Source: Fimbriosthenelais zetlandica
Taxonomy: Eukaryota
Reading direction: 5' to 3'
Assembly (NCBI GenBank): GCA_977030845.1
Contig: OZ365109.1
Span: 14,260,001-14,324,000, forward strand
DNA length: 64,000 bases
Shown here: piece by piece, positions 50,062 to 62,600 of the stretch
Layout of the letters: each line of letters opens with the position of its first letter
Position numbering within the stretch: position 1 is the stretch's first letter
The notes under the pieces: model-generated
What the model was told of the DNA's origin: nothing
Database searches by the model: none
The model's input: only the letters and a program-made list of their open reading frames with translations
Translations under genes and position numbers: made by a program

Positions 50062-51254
50062 ATGACTATTGTGGCCGTGCTATTGTTGTTCGCTACATGC
50101 ATAGCTGTGGGGGCTACTCCAGTAAGAACTATTATAGAGTACCCACGGGATGTAGTGAAGACAGTTTACATTCGAAATGGTGGGCCACGAGGATACTGGC
50201 AACTCCCCGAGTTCTGCCCAGTTGGCACATATGCCACTGGTTTCCGAATCAAGGTAGGTGAAACTTTTTTAATTGTGCTTCAAATGTACAGATCAAATGA
50301 ATAGAGCCAAGTTCTTTCTAGCTCTCCATAGGTAACATAATATTCAGGGCCCCTACAGAGATATGAAAATTAAATTCCAGGATATTTCCAGGACCCAAAA
50401 TGGGCATTTCCATGAGTTTTTTCACGGCGTTCAACCGTGTTTTCACAGCGTGTCACGGTTCTCGTTCTTTGTATTATTTATGCATGCAGAGCTTATTAGG
50501 GTTGGGTGTAGATCGGTCTCGTGGAAAAGACTTTTCCAGGACTTTCCACCACACCTTTTTCAGGGTTTTCCCAGGACTGTGGGAACCCTTCTGGAGTGGT
50601 TAGATACAAAGAATATCACTTTGGGTATCCGTTGTCATGTACAATGCATAAGATTGAATACGAATACATCGGAAGCTGAATATATTTGGCCTGCAGATTT
50701 TAATTGACATTCTTGTTTGTTTTCCCATATTTCAGCTTGAACGAGCAATGTACGCTGGGGGAGATGACACCTCACTGAATGGAATCCGCCTTAACTGTCA
50801 CAAGCCAGGCAGCTTGGATTTCTATGGCACTATATCTTCAGAGAACGGAGCGTGGGGATCATGGAGCAAGCAATACGACTGTCGGACAGCGTCTGGTCAG
50901 GAGTCCTTCCTTGTCAAGTTTGCTCTGAAGGTCGAACCAAAACGCGGCAATTTCCGTGACGACAGCGGTGCCAACAATATTAAGTTCGTGTGTCGCCCGC
51001 TACGTGGCAGCAGGGAGTATGCTGTGACGCCTGTGGGAGGTCCATGGGGTTATTTTGGAGGGTGGAGCGGAAGCTGTGGTGATGGTTCAGCTGTGTGTGG
51101 AATACAGACCAAGGTCGCTGGACCACGTGGGCCAGGTGATGACACGGCTCTCAATGACGTCAGGTTCTTCTGCTGTAATGACCTGCTACGTCATAGGTGT
51201 ACGTCAGCTCAAGTCGCTGAAACCGACTTAAACCAACCGTCCGATACCAAATAG
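50062..51254 (+). CDS. VMO1: Vitelline membrane outer layer protein 1 (VOMI beta-prism) homologue, secreted
   Basis: Exons 50062-50253 and 50736-51254. Signal peptide, NGGPRGYW...FCPVGTYATGFRIK, GDDTSLNGIRLNC, GAWGSWS, RDDSGANNIKFVC, GDDTALNDVRFFCC. Confidence 0.9.
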
Positions 51255-51878
51255 GCCTAATGGAAATTATTCTCAAGTCTCCAGGGCAGGCCTATTCATT
51301 TTAAAAGTGACTATTTAATGTTCATAGTATTTCTGAAGTTTTAAAAGATATGAAGACTGAAAATCAAGTTTTGTTCATTTATTCTCAATTGTCACATGTA
51401 TTATATGAAGGACTCATATTTTACAATTTGAGATAGGACAAAGAATTAGTTAAATGAACTTCTGAAAGTGCTAGGTCATTCCAAGTAATGATGACAAATT
51501 ACTATATCGATCGAATTGGAAAGCATAATCTGTTACTCAGAACTTCTTTGACCCCGACTATCTATAACTACTACATTTTACATGGGAATGGATTAATTTA
51601 AGAAAACTCATGAATACCATTTGCATACATTTTGCCAGAGAATGCATCATAGTAACTGATCAAATAGCGTACAGATTTACTCTATCTTGTTTCAACTGCT
51701 AAGAATTTGTTATACAATCCAGAGATTTGTACAGAAGGCATACATATTATGGTTAACACTTTCAATTATTGAGGAGCGACAATTATACATTTTCACAAGC
51801 TCACGGAGTTAGAAAAATGCACATACCATATTATATTACTGACAAGTGTAGAGTTGGGCGCGTTCAGATTATTGTTTG

Positions 51879-54800
51879 CTACGTTCTGGTACCTTCTCCA
51901 TCGTCTATTCTTTCTGACTCAGTCTCTTCTGGATCCTTGGGTGCACTTTGTGGAGTCTCCTTATTCATCGAACTATATATTGACATCGCCTGAGAAGAAA
52001 AAATAAAATCATTAATGGTTTAATTTTTAAGTAAATTTTGGTGTTAATTAGGTACTTGGAACATGATTTCCTGAAATAAACAGTGGAGTTATTATTCTAC
52101 GTTTATAACCGAAAACTTAATTATATTGACATCACATCATAAATTTTCAGTTGTAAGTTGAATTTAAGTTTTAATTGACTGCTTTTGCTTTATTTGCAAG
52201 CATGCTTTTGAACTCCAAATTCAACAAAGAGGAAAAATAGATAGAATAGAATAGAGGTAAAACAAACCTGCGCAACCATTGAATTTATATCCCCAGAATT
52301 AGAGGGCAATAAGAGCGTGTTAGACCGTTTGGCTAGATTGGAAAAGGCAGCTATGTACTGCTCTGCTACATTGTAGGAAACGGCCTTGTCACCATTCTGA
52401 AAGTGGAAAATAGGATAAACATTTTTATTTCACTACAGATAAAAGTTATATTTTAATTATCATTTTCAAAACTTGTAATTCAGATTCGATTCAGCTATGG
52501 TTAACTTGTTTTTACCTCTTTTGTCAAGGCGTCAGCAACTTTGCGCACAGATTCAGCTTTTGCCTGTGCCCGTGCTACCAAAGCTTCGGCTTCACCTATA
52601 ATAAGAAAATAAAGGTAAATATAAAACATGTAGGCCTATACATATTGAACTCAGTTGTAAAAACGAACACGGTTCCCAGCAATAGACTAACAAATACATT
52701 ACAATACAAATACAAAAAAACTTACAAATACATTAAATTCTGGAAATAAAATACATCTGAAACCTACCATGAGCTTCATTTATTTGTTCTGTTTTCCAAG
52801 CTTCTGAAGCTAAAATACGAGCTCTCTTCTTGCCTTCAGCTACGTTGATATCGGCTTCTCTTATACCTATATGAAAAGAAAATGAACTAAACTGGTTGTT
52901 TGGATAAAAAACTAAATAAAATATTAAAACAATCGATAGAGGGTTAAGGTTTATCAACAACAACGGTATTTGTCATGGATTAGTTGTATCACAACTGTTT
53001 TAATTTGTTAGTGTGTAAGAAAATATGACTGATGCACCTTCTGATTCAAGTATAGCAGCTCTCTTTTTCCTTTCTGCTTCCACCTGCATTTGCATGGCTT
53101 CTTGAATTCTACCTGGCAGCTTCATGTCCCCTGGAAAAAATTCAAATCACAGGAGTGAGATAATCGAGTACTGGGCTTTTTCAGAGCCATCCCACTGAAG
53201 ACAGAAACAAACATTGCCTTTTAGAGATAGAAGATACGCTAGTAATCTGACATGAACATCTTGTACTCAAGTAGAAGAGAGAGTACTTACTGATCTCATA
53301 TCTTTTACAGTCGACGCCCCAAGCATCCGCAGCTTTGTTGATAGAATCTGGAATTATAAATAGAAAAAATCATATATTTAAGAGAATATTTATTATTTTT
53401 ATTTTCTGAAAACTTTCTAAAAACCGCAAATAAATGGAACGACTGACGGCCAATAGCACTGAACATTGAGTAATGTACTTACGGACTATGGCAATGTTCA
53501 AAGCATCTCGTTCTCTGAAGACGACATCTAGTGGGATTTTACCAATTTCTGATCTCATGGTCGTCTGTGCAAGTTGTGTGATAGCATATTCAGCGTCTTC
53601 TACTCCGTAACTCGCCTGTCGTTCAAGAAATGGAATAAAAATGTATTATACGTTTAACTTTTACTTTAAGAAACAACCAGTAGATAAATTAGTTAAATTA
53701 GTCACTGACAAAAATTATTAAATGCGAACCTTGTATGGATCGATAACTCGGAGGTATAATACTCCATCGATGGCAAGCGTTACATTATCTGCAAGAGAGA
53801 ACGTATTGAGATACCACTTTATCTACATTCAGTTGCAATAATATCATTCTTAATATTAGACCAAACCGAACTTCAAGTAAAATGCTTAAATTTTGCCTTA
53901 TTTAACATAACTTACCTGCAGTGATAGCACTTTGTTGTGGGATGTCAATTGCAATTTCTTTAAGACTTTGAACGTACCGGATAGAATCCACCACTGGCAA
54001 CACAATATTTAAACCCTGAAAATGAGGATGATAGGCAATTTTCTATAAATTTGAAATTTGAGTAAGGTAAAGAAATTTAAATACGTATCTGGAAAATCAA
54101 CATTCGATGGGAAATTGTTACCGTTTCATATAACATACAACTTACAGGTTCCAGGACTTTTTGGAATTTTCCGAACCGTTCCACAACCCAGGCTTCTTGT
54201 TGGGGAACAAAAAGCATAATAGTATTGAATGGTAGCCCAGAACGTAGTCTCTTCTGTTGATAAACTGCGGATTCATGCTGTTTCTGAAAGTACAATAAAG
54301 GTAATATAAGTAATCATGTTTCTAACATCATCTCATAAATCAGGGTTGCCACAAACTGGCACCAAATTCCCTGGCGAATTAAACCTTTCCCTGACCCTGT
54401 CTAATATGAAAAATATTATGACAAGAAAAAATCAAATCAACTCCGACCACACCCACAGTCATCCATTCCTCCCATTTTATTTTATCAGTCTATGCTGCTC
54501 ACCTATTGGATTTATCGTTGCCATAAAGGCCCAAATTACTAAAAGGGGGCTTGCCCAAATTCTCCTTTCCCTGAGGCTGAGCAATCACAAAATGCTCTGA
54601 CTTTGTCTTTGCCTTTGGAACTTTGGTTAATACAAAAAAAATCCCTGACCTGTCCCGTGGAAACCCTGTTAATATTATTACAAATCCACGATATTTATCT
54701 TTCCTACTACTGTCAACATGGTAACGTAAGTACTAAGGTATTACATCAGTCTGATGTGAACAGTGCCATGGGCAGGGCAGGCCATCATTGCATCAATCAT

Positions 54801-54939
54801 GCAGCATGCTTGTGTGTGGAAAACGAAATTGGCAGTGGGATATCTCCCATACAAAACATTTGATCATGTTTTAATTAAAACTAAAGGAAGGACTGACCTG
54901 GAATCTGCTTAATTGTCGTCCAATTCTTCGGGAAAACAT
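51879..54939 (-). CDS. STOML2: Stomatin-like protein 2 (mitochondrial SPFH/band-7 protein), about 11 coding exons
   Basis: Exons include 54939-54898, 54283-54146, 54015-53916, 53788-53730, from 53615 and 51989-51879. They encode FVPQQEAWVVERFGKF, YVQSLKEIAIDIPQQSAIT.DNVTL.IDGVLY, ASYGVED.EYAITQLAQTTMRSEIGK and MQMQVEAERKKRAAILESEG. Confidence 0.95.
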
Positions 54940-55184
54940 GTTTTTACCTCAGGAGGGGATGAAAGTTGACAAATGATTAAAGATCTGTCCTTGTCTTGCT
55001 GCGGCCACACCGGCTAACTTCCGTTCATATTTAGATGGAAGCTTCTGATTGGCTCACCCTCAGATGTAAACTCTGCACTGATTGGTCGACATTGCACGGC
55101 GAAAAAGGGTAAACCACAGCACTCAGTACATTACCAGTTGCAACAGACCGTCAAGTCAAAACACAACACAACATAGTCAGCAAA
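54940..55184. promoter_or_regulatory. Bidirectional promoter for STOML2 and DNAAF4
   Basis: 245 bp separate the divergent ATGs. Two CTGATTGG (inverted CCAAT) boxes lie at ~55045 and ~55078. Confidence 0.65.
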
Positions 55185-58100
55185 ATGCCGATAATTATTA
55201 AGGATTTCACATGGGAAGAAACGGAGAGTATGGTTTTTATAAGTGTGCCACTGAAGGGTGTTCAAAATCACAAAGTGGATATATTTTCTACGGATGATTA
55301 CATAAAGGTAGGTTAAAAGAACCCGTTCACCCTATTATCGCCCAGTCCCCGAGTCTGGCTTGTTTGGCGTCCTTAGATACCAGTGATATCGATGGGGAAA
55401 ATGCCTACATATTTAAGGCAATTAATAATTTGAATCAATACCACGCCCACGGCATAGATCTACATGCCGGTACTATTTATTATTTTAAAAGACTAAATGA
55501 GTAAATCATTCATAGACATACCGGTATCTATCATATTCTAGTACTATTTATTATTTCTAATCTAGACTAGTCTATGCCATTCTATGACTATGGTATATTA
55601 TAATTTATAGGCCCTCTAGTCTAGCTAGTCTAAACAAAATAGAATAAAATATTAATTACCGGTAGGCCCCTACAGGTATATTAATTTATTGCAGGTGTGC
55701 AGATTAGGGTTTAATTAAGTTACCCTGGAAAATCGTCAATGGCAATGCTAAGTCTATGGCTAATTTTTGTTTTTAATTTCGCGATTAAAAATTGCATAAC
55801 TTGTTTCCCTTTCAATTTAGGTGAGCTTCCCGCCGTACATCTTTGAGTGCTTCCTCTTTGACTCTGTCCATGATCAAGAGAGTGCAGCTCAAATTGGTAA
55901 TGGCCTGGTTATTTTCAAGCTTCAAAAATGTTCTCCTATATTATGGGGAAGCTTACAGCACGAGGCCAAAAGTAAGTTTCATTGTTTGATCTAGCTATAT
56001 GTTTATACATGCACTCCATCTATACTATGTTTTGGTAGTGCCAAACTTAAATATAGGCCTAGCAGAAAAATTGTCCAACTTAAGATATAAAATATACATC
56101 AATACCTCAATAGGACTATTATTATAAGCGCACATATATATTGTACTTAGAAAATCATCATTTCATTTGTTCTATCGATGAGTAAAATGTCGATATCATG
56201 TATTCAGATGATAAGGAAAAACTGAAGGAATGGCGAGCCCGAGCGATAGACTTCGCCCAGAAAAGGACGGAACGACAAGAAAAGGAAAAGGCCGAGAAAA
56301 AGCGAGAACAACAATCATATGCAGTGAAGGAACAAATTAGGGTAAAATTACACGATATGCTAAAATATCAACACTTTTCCATAACATACTTCTTTTGTGG
56401 AGTTTGCGAACAACTTAATTCTGTATACTATAATTATGTGGCGTTCAGATCTTTGATTTAGTTATCTAAAGACCGTTTTATGTCATTTCAGATTGAACAA
56501 GAGGAAAAAGATCGTATTGAAAATGAAAAGCAAAGCGAGATAGACAGGGCAACTGCTGAACTAGAGAAATGGAAGGAAGAACAAAGAAATCTAGCTTTGG
56601 AGGTAATGTAATTTCGCTTTATCTAAAAAGAGACGGCTGTGGTATATATACTATATGTGAAAATTTAACGTTCAGTGTAATATAATTGCTCACTAAATAT
56701 TTAGTTTTCCTTTTACTAGGAAAATGCAAAGAACTTGAAGGAGCAAGAAGAAAAAAATAAAATTGCTGCCGAAGAAATCAAGAAAGCACAGGAAGAAAAG
56801 AAATCTCAAATAACCTCAAATAAAAACAACGCTGGGAGACAATCCGCAAGACGAAGTAAGTATATAAGATATGAAACTTTATGGATTAATAATACTATTA
56901 TATCGATATAACATTTCTTGATAAAAGATAGCAAATCGTGCACTTAGATGATATCTCTAATCAATTATTTTACCAGACAAAAAGAAAAATATCTTTGAAG
57001 AAGAGGCAGAAGGACAAGCCATGCGTGAAACTGGCAAAATCAAAGTGAATTTCAGTCACCGGGTCTTCCCAACGGCAGCGAGGGAATCGACAGCTCCTGA
57101 GGAAGAAGAGGTAAGTTTAGCATCAAAACATGTTAGATTAGGCAATAGTTTTATATGTTACATGTTTTTTTTAAAACCAAAAATTGTATGTATTTGCAGT
57201 GGCTGAGGAAACAAGCCGAGAGCCGTCGCATTATAGAACTAGAGAATGCTGACCTGAAAGAGGAAGAGAAAAATCCCGTTTGGATGCGGGATAAGGGCAA
57301 GTACGTCAGTCTATTTAGATTCTCATTTAAACAAGAATATTTGAACAACATACATGCAACACATGTGCACTTACTGTCTCCCTTTTCGATTTCAGCGAAT
57401 TCTTTAAAGCTGGAAACTACCAAGCAGCTGTCAATGCTTACACACACGCTATTCGGATGAACTACCAAATGCATTCGTATCCTTTGACTACAAGAAAACT
57501 ACTGGCACAAATGTGCATGTAGAGATATATGTAAGAGAAATTTGTTCAAGCACCATTTATCTTAACAAATCTCAGTCTCTACAGCAACCGTGCTGCCTGT
57601 CATTTGAAAATGAGGAATTTATTTAAATGCATCGAGGACTGTGAGCGGGTATGTACTTTATTTTCTAAGTGTAAAATGTAATATTGATAATTTGAAATAT
57701 AAATAATTTGATCATTTATTGTTTTGGGGAAATTCGTCTTCTATAATGCATACATTTCAGGCCCTTGAGTTATTGAACCCCCCAGTACCACAGAATGTGC
57801 AGCACCGCGTGAGGGCCCATGTAAGGCGGGGGACAGCCTTATGTGAGCTAGAAATGTATGCTGAAGGTATGAGCTTTAATTCATTTTGCCAGATTCAGGT
57901 TTCTTGAGCTTCGGCTTCAGTCTCTATTTAATTAACTCAATAACCAGTCTCTGTTTAACTCAATACCTGTGCAAAGAACAAATCTGTGAAGCGGCACGTT
58001 TGAAATTTGAATTTTATTCCCACACTACAGGTATATACTTTACCTGGAGAATCATTTTTTTAAAAATCATTTTTGTAGGGTTGATGGACTACGAAGCTGC

Positions 58101-58185
58101 ATTGAAAATAGATCCCAAAAACAAGAAGCTAGAGGAAGACGCTGCCCAGATTAGGAAAATCATTCAAGGGGAGCCTGTGAGCTGA
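55185..58185 (+). CDS. DNAAF4: Dynein axonemal assembly factor 4 (DYX1C1; CS/p23 domain plus TPR repeats), about 11 exons
   Basis: First exon 55185-55307 MPIIIKDFTWEETESMVFISVPLKGV...DDYIK, then VSFPPYIFECFLF, a charged coiled region, KIKVNFSHRVFPTAARES, NPVWMRDKGNEFFKAGNYQAAVNAY, YSNRAACHLK and RAHVRRGTALCELE. Stop at 58183-58185. Confidence 0.95.
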
Positions 58186-59145
58186 TTTAGTAGTTATCGG
58201 GAACACTTCCACTCTCTTCTATAATGTCCTTACAAGTTTCCCGGTCGATTTAACGAATAACTGCCAATGGGGGGCTCTCAATTTAATAATTCATTTTGTC
58301 TAGCGTAAAAATCCACAATAATGTTATGTGCAATTTCCCATCCCTTAGGGGGGGAATTCTACGAGAGGGGTTCTTTACGGGAAAATTATATAAAACTTGT
58401 TTTGTCATTGATGTGCAGGTGTTGACAGTTGAATACAATTATTCCAACAAAAAAACATCTTTAGTCCAATTAGATCTGGCTACAATAACATCACTTTTGA
58501 GAGAAGCACGGTTACTCACATTGCCAGTGGCGCCCTCTGTTGAATATAGGCCTAATCTGGTGCTGTCAATCGTGAGGGGTTAGTAGTGATCATTCCTAAT
58601 AATATTCATCAGTGTGGTCATTGTACTTTCCCAAATGCATTTCAGATAAATAATTCGGTCTTTAAAACCCTACATTATACTAGTGCTTATTGCCCCCTTA
58701 AATTTAAATACTAGGAAACCAGTTCAAGGAAATCATTTGATGTAAAAAGTATTTTATTGCAAGGGTATATTCTGTACATGGAATAATCTTAACTTAACAC
58801 CTTAAGGTTTACCGCCATGTACATCTATCCTCAAAAAATGTCTATTACTTTAAATTTATTAAGAAAAGTTAATGAAATATTTTCTAAATATCAGATCAGA
58901 CAGTCGCCAGTGGGGATGAGATGTTTAAACAAGCGAAGCCAGAAAGTGTTTAATGATTTGTTCATGCTTTTAATGGTAAGAGGGGAATGAATATTGATCT
59001 TGGAGGCATGCTACACGACTATAAGGCAGCATTAAATCGGTCGCTCTCCTCCCCTCCAAGTGGGGAAGATATGGTAGTAATCGCTAATGGGGCAACATAC
59101 CACAAAAAAAAGACTCATAATTTATAAATCTAGAAGTAATTGGCG

Positions 59146-62100
59146 TTAAATAAAGTCATCGTAGCCATCGTAAGAAGCAGCTTCATAATCGTCTAGTCCA
59201 TCACCGCGAGAAACAGTCAAGTTCACTCCCTTTTTCTTCTTTTTTCCTTTGGCAGCCTGTGGAGAGAAATTAAGAATATTCCATTAAAAATAGCAAAGAG
59301 GAAGATGTAACATAAAAAGCCGGTTCGCAAATTCAATGTTACAATTACGGTGGTTTTGAAGTAGAAAGTGGAAGAGAAAAATCACGGTTACATTTACCTT
59401 TTGCTGTTTAATTTTTTCATTACTTAATGCGGATAACGTAGAGCCTAGTTTCTTCAAATCTTCAGCTTCAACTGGAAGAAATATTGAAAACTGATATCAA
59501 GACAAAGTGACTAAAAATGAAGTATCGATAGGCAATTAAAATAATTATATTAATTTCATTTTATTTACATACATTTTTTTATCGTCGTATTTAAAATGCT
59601 ATAAATGGGTTTTAATGATACGTTTGACGTCTTTCTTTCCAAATAAAAATTTGAAGAATTTGAGAATAACTCCAAACTTACGTCCTAAAGAGACCTCCCG
59701 GAAAAGATCGTCGAGGAAGCCAACATAATGTGTCGATTTCTGAAACAGGGAAGACTCGGCTGTTGAATTTCTGAGACAAAATCATCAATACATTTACCAT
59801 TATTAATGGCCATTAATTTCACGTGATTAAAAAGAATATATATTAAAGTTATAAACTCACCTCAAACTGTAGTATTTTGTTTTTCAAGGAATCTTTGAAA
59901 TTATCGAAATCTTCTTTGGTGGAAGGACATGCATTGTCGATACTATCAGTATCACCTGCTTTTGTTTCGGTCACACCTAATGACAATGCAAATGACAGGA
60001 AACTGATAAAAAACGAGCAAAGGCCTAAATGTGACTTGTGAATGAATGAGTCTAAAGTCGCAAAAATGGATGGATTTTGAGTCATTTGATTTTGGGTCAT
60101 TCAGCACTACAGGACCGGAGGCCTGAAAGCTTTGTACACAAGCTGTTTATTTCTCTTAGCTTTTTCGCATTAAAAGCAAGTATACAATATTTTTATTATT
60201 TTTGTGAGTAAGATTGAGTATAGTTCAGCTTCGTGCGTGTCATCCCTTCAAGATTTTTTCCAGTTGGACAGAAAATTGTCTGAAAAGGGTATTTTCTCTA
60301 GTTTCCATTGTCACTTCTTTTATTTTTTTAAATTTCATTAAAATGGAAGTATCTCCATGTGCTGTATACATATCACAAATAAATTAATCCTCCGTTATTT
60401 TACCTCGTCGGATTTGGAAACACAATTTGGTCGGCGTACTGAATGGGAACAAGAGTGGATCCAAAGCATATTCAAGTTGAATGAATGACTTTATGTATAA
60501 TATGATCTTTTACACACCGAAGGCTTCCTTTGCAAGTAGGTAGTCGGACTCCTCCTGTGCTTTCTTGGCAGCTTCTTTTGCAGCAGCTATTGCTTCTGGA
60601 GTAGAAGCTTCTGCTCTTTTTCGTGCCTCATCTATCTGCAGCAAGAATCCATAAGAAAAAATAAATAAATAATTTTAAAAAATGAGTAAGATACCACTAC
60701 TACAGATGACAGGTTATGTATTTATTTTTCAAATATTTATTACAAATAAAATACCAACCTTTCTTTGAGCCTCTGCTTTTTGCTGCGCCTCTTTTTCAGC
60801 TAAAATCTCTTTAAGAGGTCTCTTTTTCTTGACCTGGACTGCTTTAGTCCCTGAAAAATGAAAAGCAGATTATCTACAGATTTCCCTCCAGGCTCTCGTA
60901 TGCAATTGTCTTATATAATATATTATATTAATATCCTTTTTTTCTTGATCTGCCACTAGTCTAATTTCATGCGATATATGGTATTATCTTGAAATTGTCA
61001 TAAATCTTGTTACCGTACCGTAACTGTTTTCTCTCTGTTACCGTTATTTTTGTCGGCTGAACAGCTTCAAGCTAATGTTTTACTTTCCCGTAAATGTACC
61101 GAGGATAAATAAAGTTTGAAATGAAAATAAATTAACTTAGGAATAAACATAAACACAGGTCTTGTGTTCCTTTGAAGCTACCCTTCGTGTTAATATTTTT
61201 AAAACATAAATTTTATAAATTAAATATTTTACCATCGTCGGGTGCTTCGGCAGCTTCAGTCTTTTCTTCCTCGTCATCATCCCAGTTATCCTATAAAAGT
61301 TAAAAGAAGGGCGTAGTTTGAAATTCAGAAATTACATTAAAAATTCCCCAATTTTTGCAAGATGATTTTTACATAGTCCGATATGGATATATCTTCAATG
61401 AATCCTAATTAAGATGAAAAATATGACTGACTTCGAAAGGGGTAACCTGTTTTATAACCTGAATTTCCCTGAGGAAGGCCTTAGCTTAGGCCTATAACGG
61501 TAAACCAGCTGTCATACTAATTACCATCATAGTATGGCTCGACCACAACTGCCATAAGGGGCACCTGTCAAAGTACCGCCCATCAGTGTCAGTACAGGTA
61601 TCCTACTAGTACTAGTAGTAGATCCTAGTAGTACTACACTGTCTACACTACCGGTACCTACTAGTACTAGTACCCTGTACAGCCACAGCACGGGTACCCG
61701 AGGCCAGGGAAGCAATTCTTGGATCAAATCACTATTCTCTCTAGCCCGAGTCCGAGAAACTCTGACTCTCTCCAGTCCTGTATGGGATGGTCCTTCTGGG
61801 GAGCAGAGTCAGGGTCTCGGGCTATATTCTCTCATGACTGAGGATTGCCATTTTCAAAGATTCTATAACATTCTTCAAAATGGGGATGATTCATCTGTCA
61901 ATGTGTAGGAAGATTTCATCCCGTGACTCAATGGGTCAATGTGTGACATCACTGACTGTCTATGTCCGGTCAGCTCAACCTCTACCGGTTCAGCCCTCGC
62001 CGGGGTCGGCGGGCGGGATACCCCCGACAGATGGTGTGTATTCTACAGGTTTAGCCTAAAAACATGCCGGTCTTCATCGAGCAGGGAAACCCCCATACCG

Positions 62101-62429
62101 AAGTACTGTTTACAAGTAAATGTAGACCACAAATCGACATAAACTGTGCCAGTAAACTACAAATAAAACACGTATTTTGCACATGTTGAGTGTCACAATC
62201 AGACCTACTTTCACGTCTTCTTCCTCGTCCTCGCCTTCCCACTTGTCAGTGGCAGCAGCTTCTGTTCTCCGTGCCACGGTCGCCGGGGTCTCAGCGGGCT
62301 CAAAGTCATCCGCGTCTGAAGAAACAATACAGATTAATCAATTACAACAAAAGTCTTTAAGCGATCTCAACGAATTCCATCAAAATCTGTGAAAATTTGG
62401 CCACACTTGCCCCAGTCGGCATCCGACAT
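59146..62429 (-). CDS. EIF3J: Eukaryotic translation initiation factor 3 subunit J, 9 coding exons
   Basis: Exons 62429-62411, 62315-62209, 61290-61233, 60850-60759, from 60635, 59976-59861, 59739-59682, ~59472-59399, and a last exon ending at 59146. They encode MSDADWDADDFEP, DKWEGEDEEEDVKDNWDDDEEE, PSTKEDFDNF, LEAEDLKKLGSTL, KGKKKKK and YDDFI*. Confidence 0.93.
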
Positions 62430-62600
62430 GCTTGCAGATTGTGATCTCGTGTGAGTCACGTGTGAATCAGCGAGATCTCAATTTGGCGGGGCTCGTTCGA
62501 TTGGTTGGTGGAGTCAGAAGACAGAACACTCGAACGAGCTGAGCATTTTCCCGCCAAGATTCCCTTCCATTCTAGATCATTCTACACTCATTGGCTCCTA
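62430..62600 (-). promoter_or_regulatory. EIF3J proximal promoter candidate
   Basis: Overlapping TGAGTCA/CACGTG (~62452-62462), E2F-like TTTGGCGG and TTTCCCGC, and two ATTGG boxes (~62500, ~62591) directly upstream of the ATG. Confidence 0.5.
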
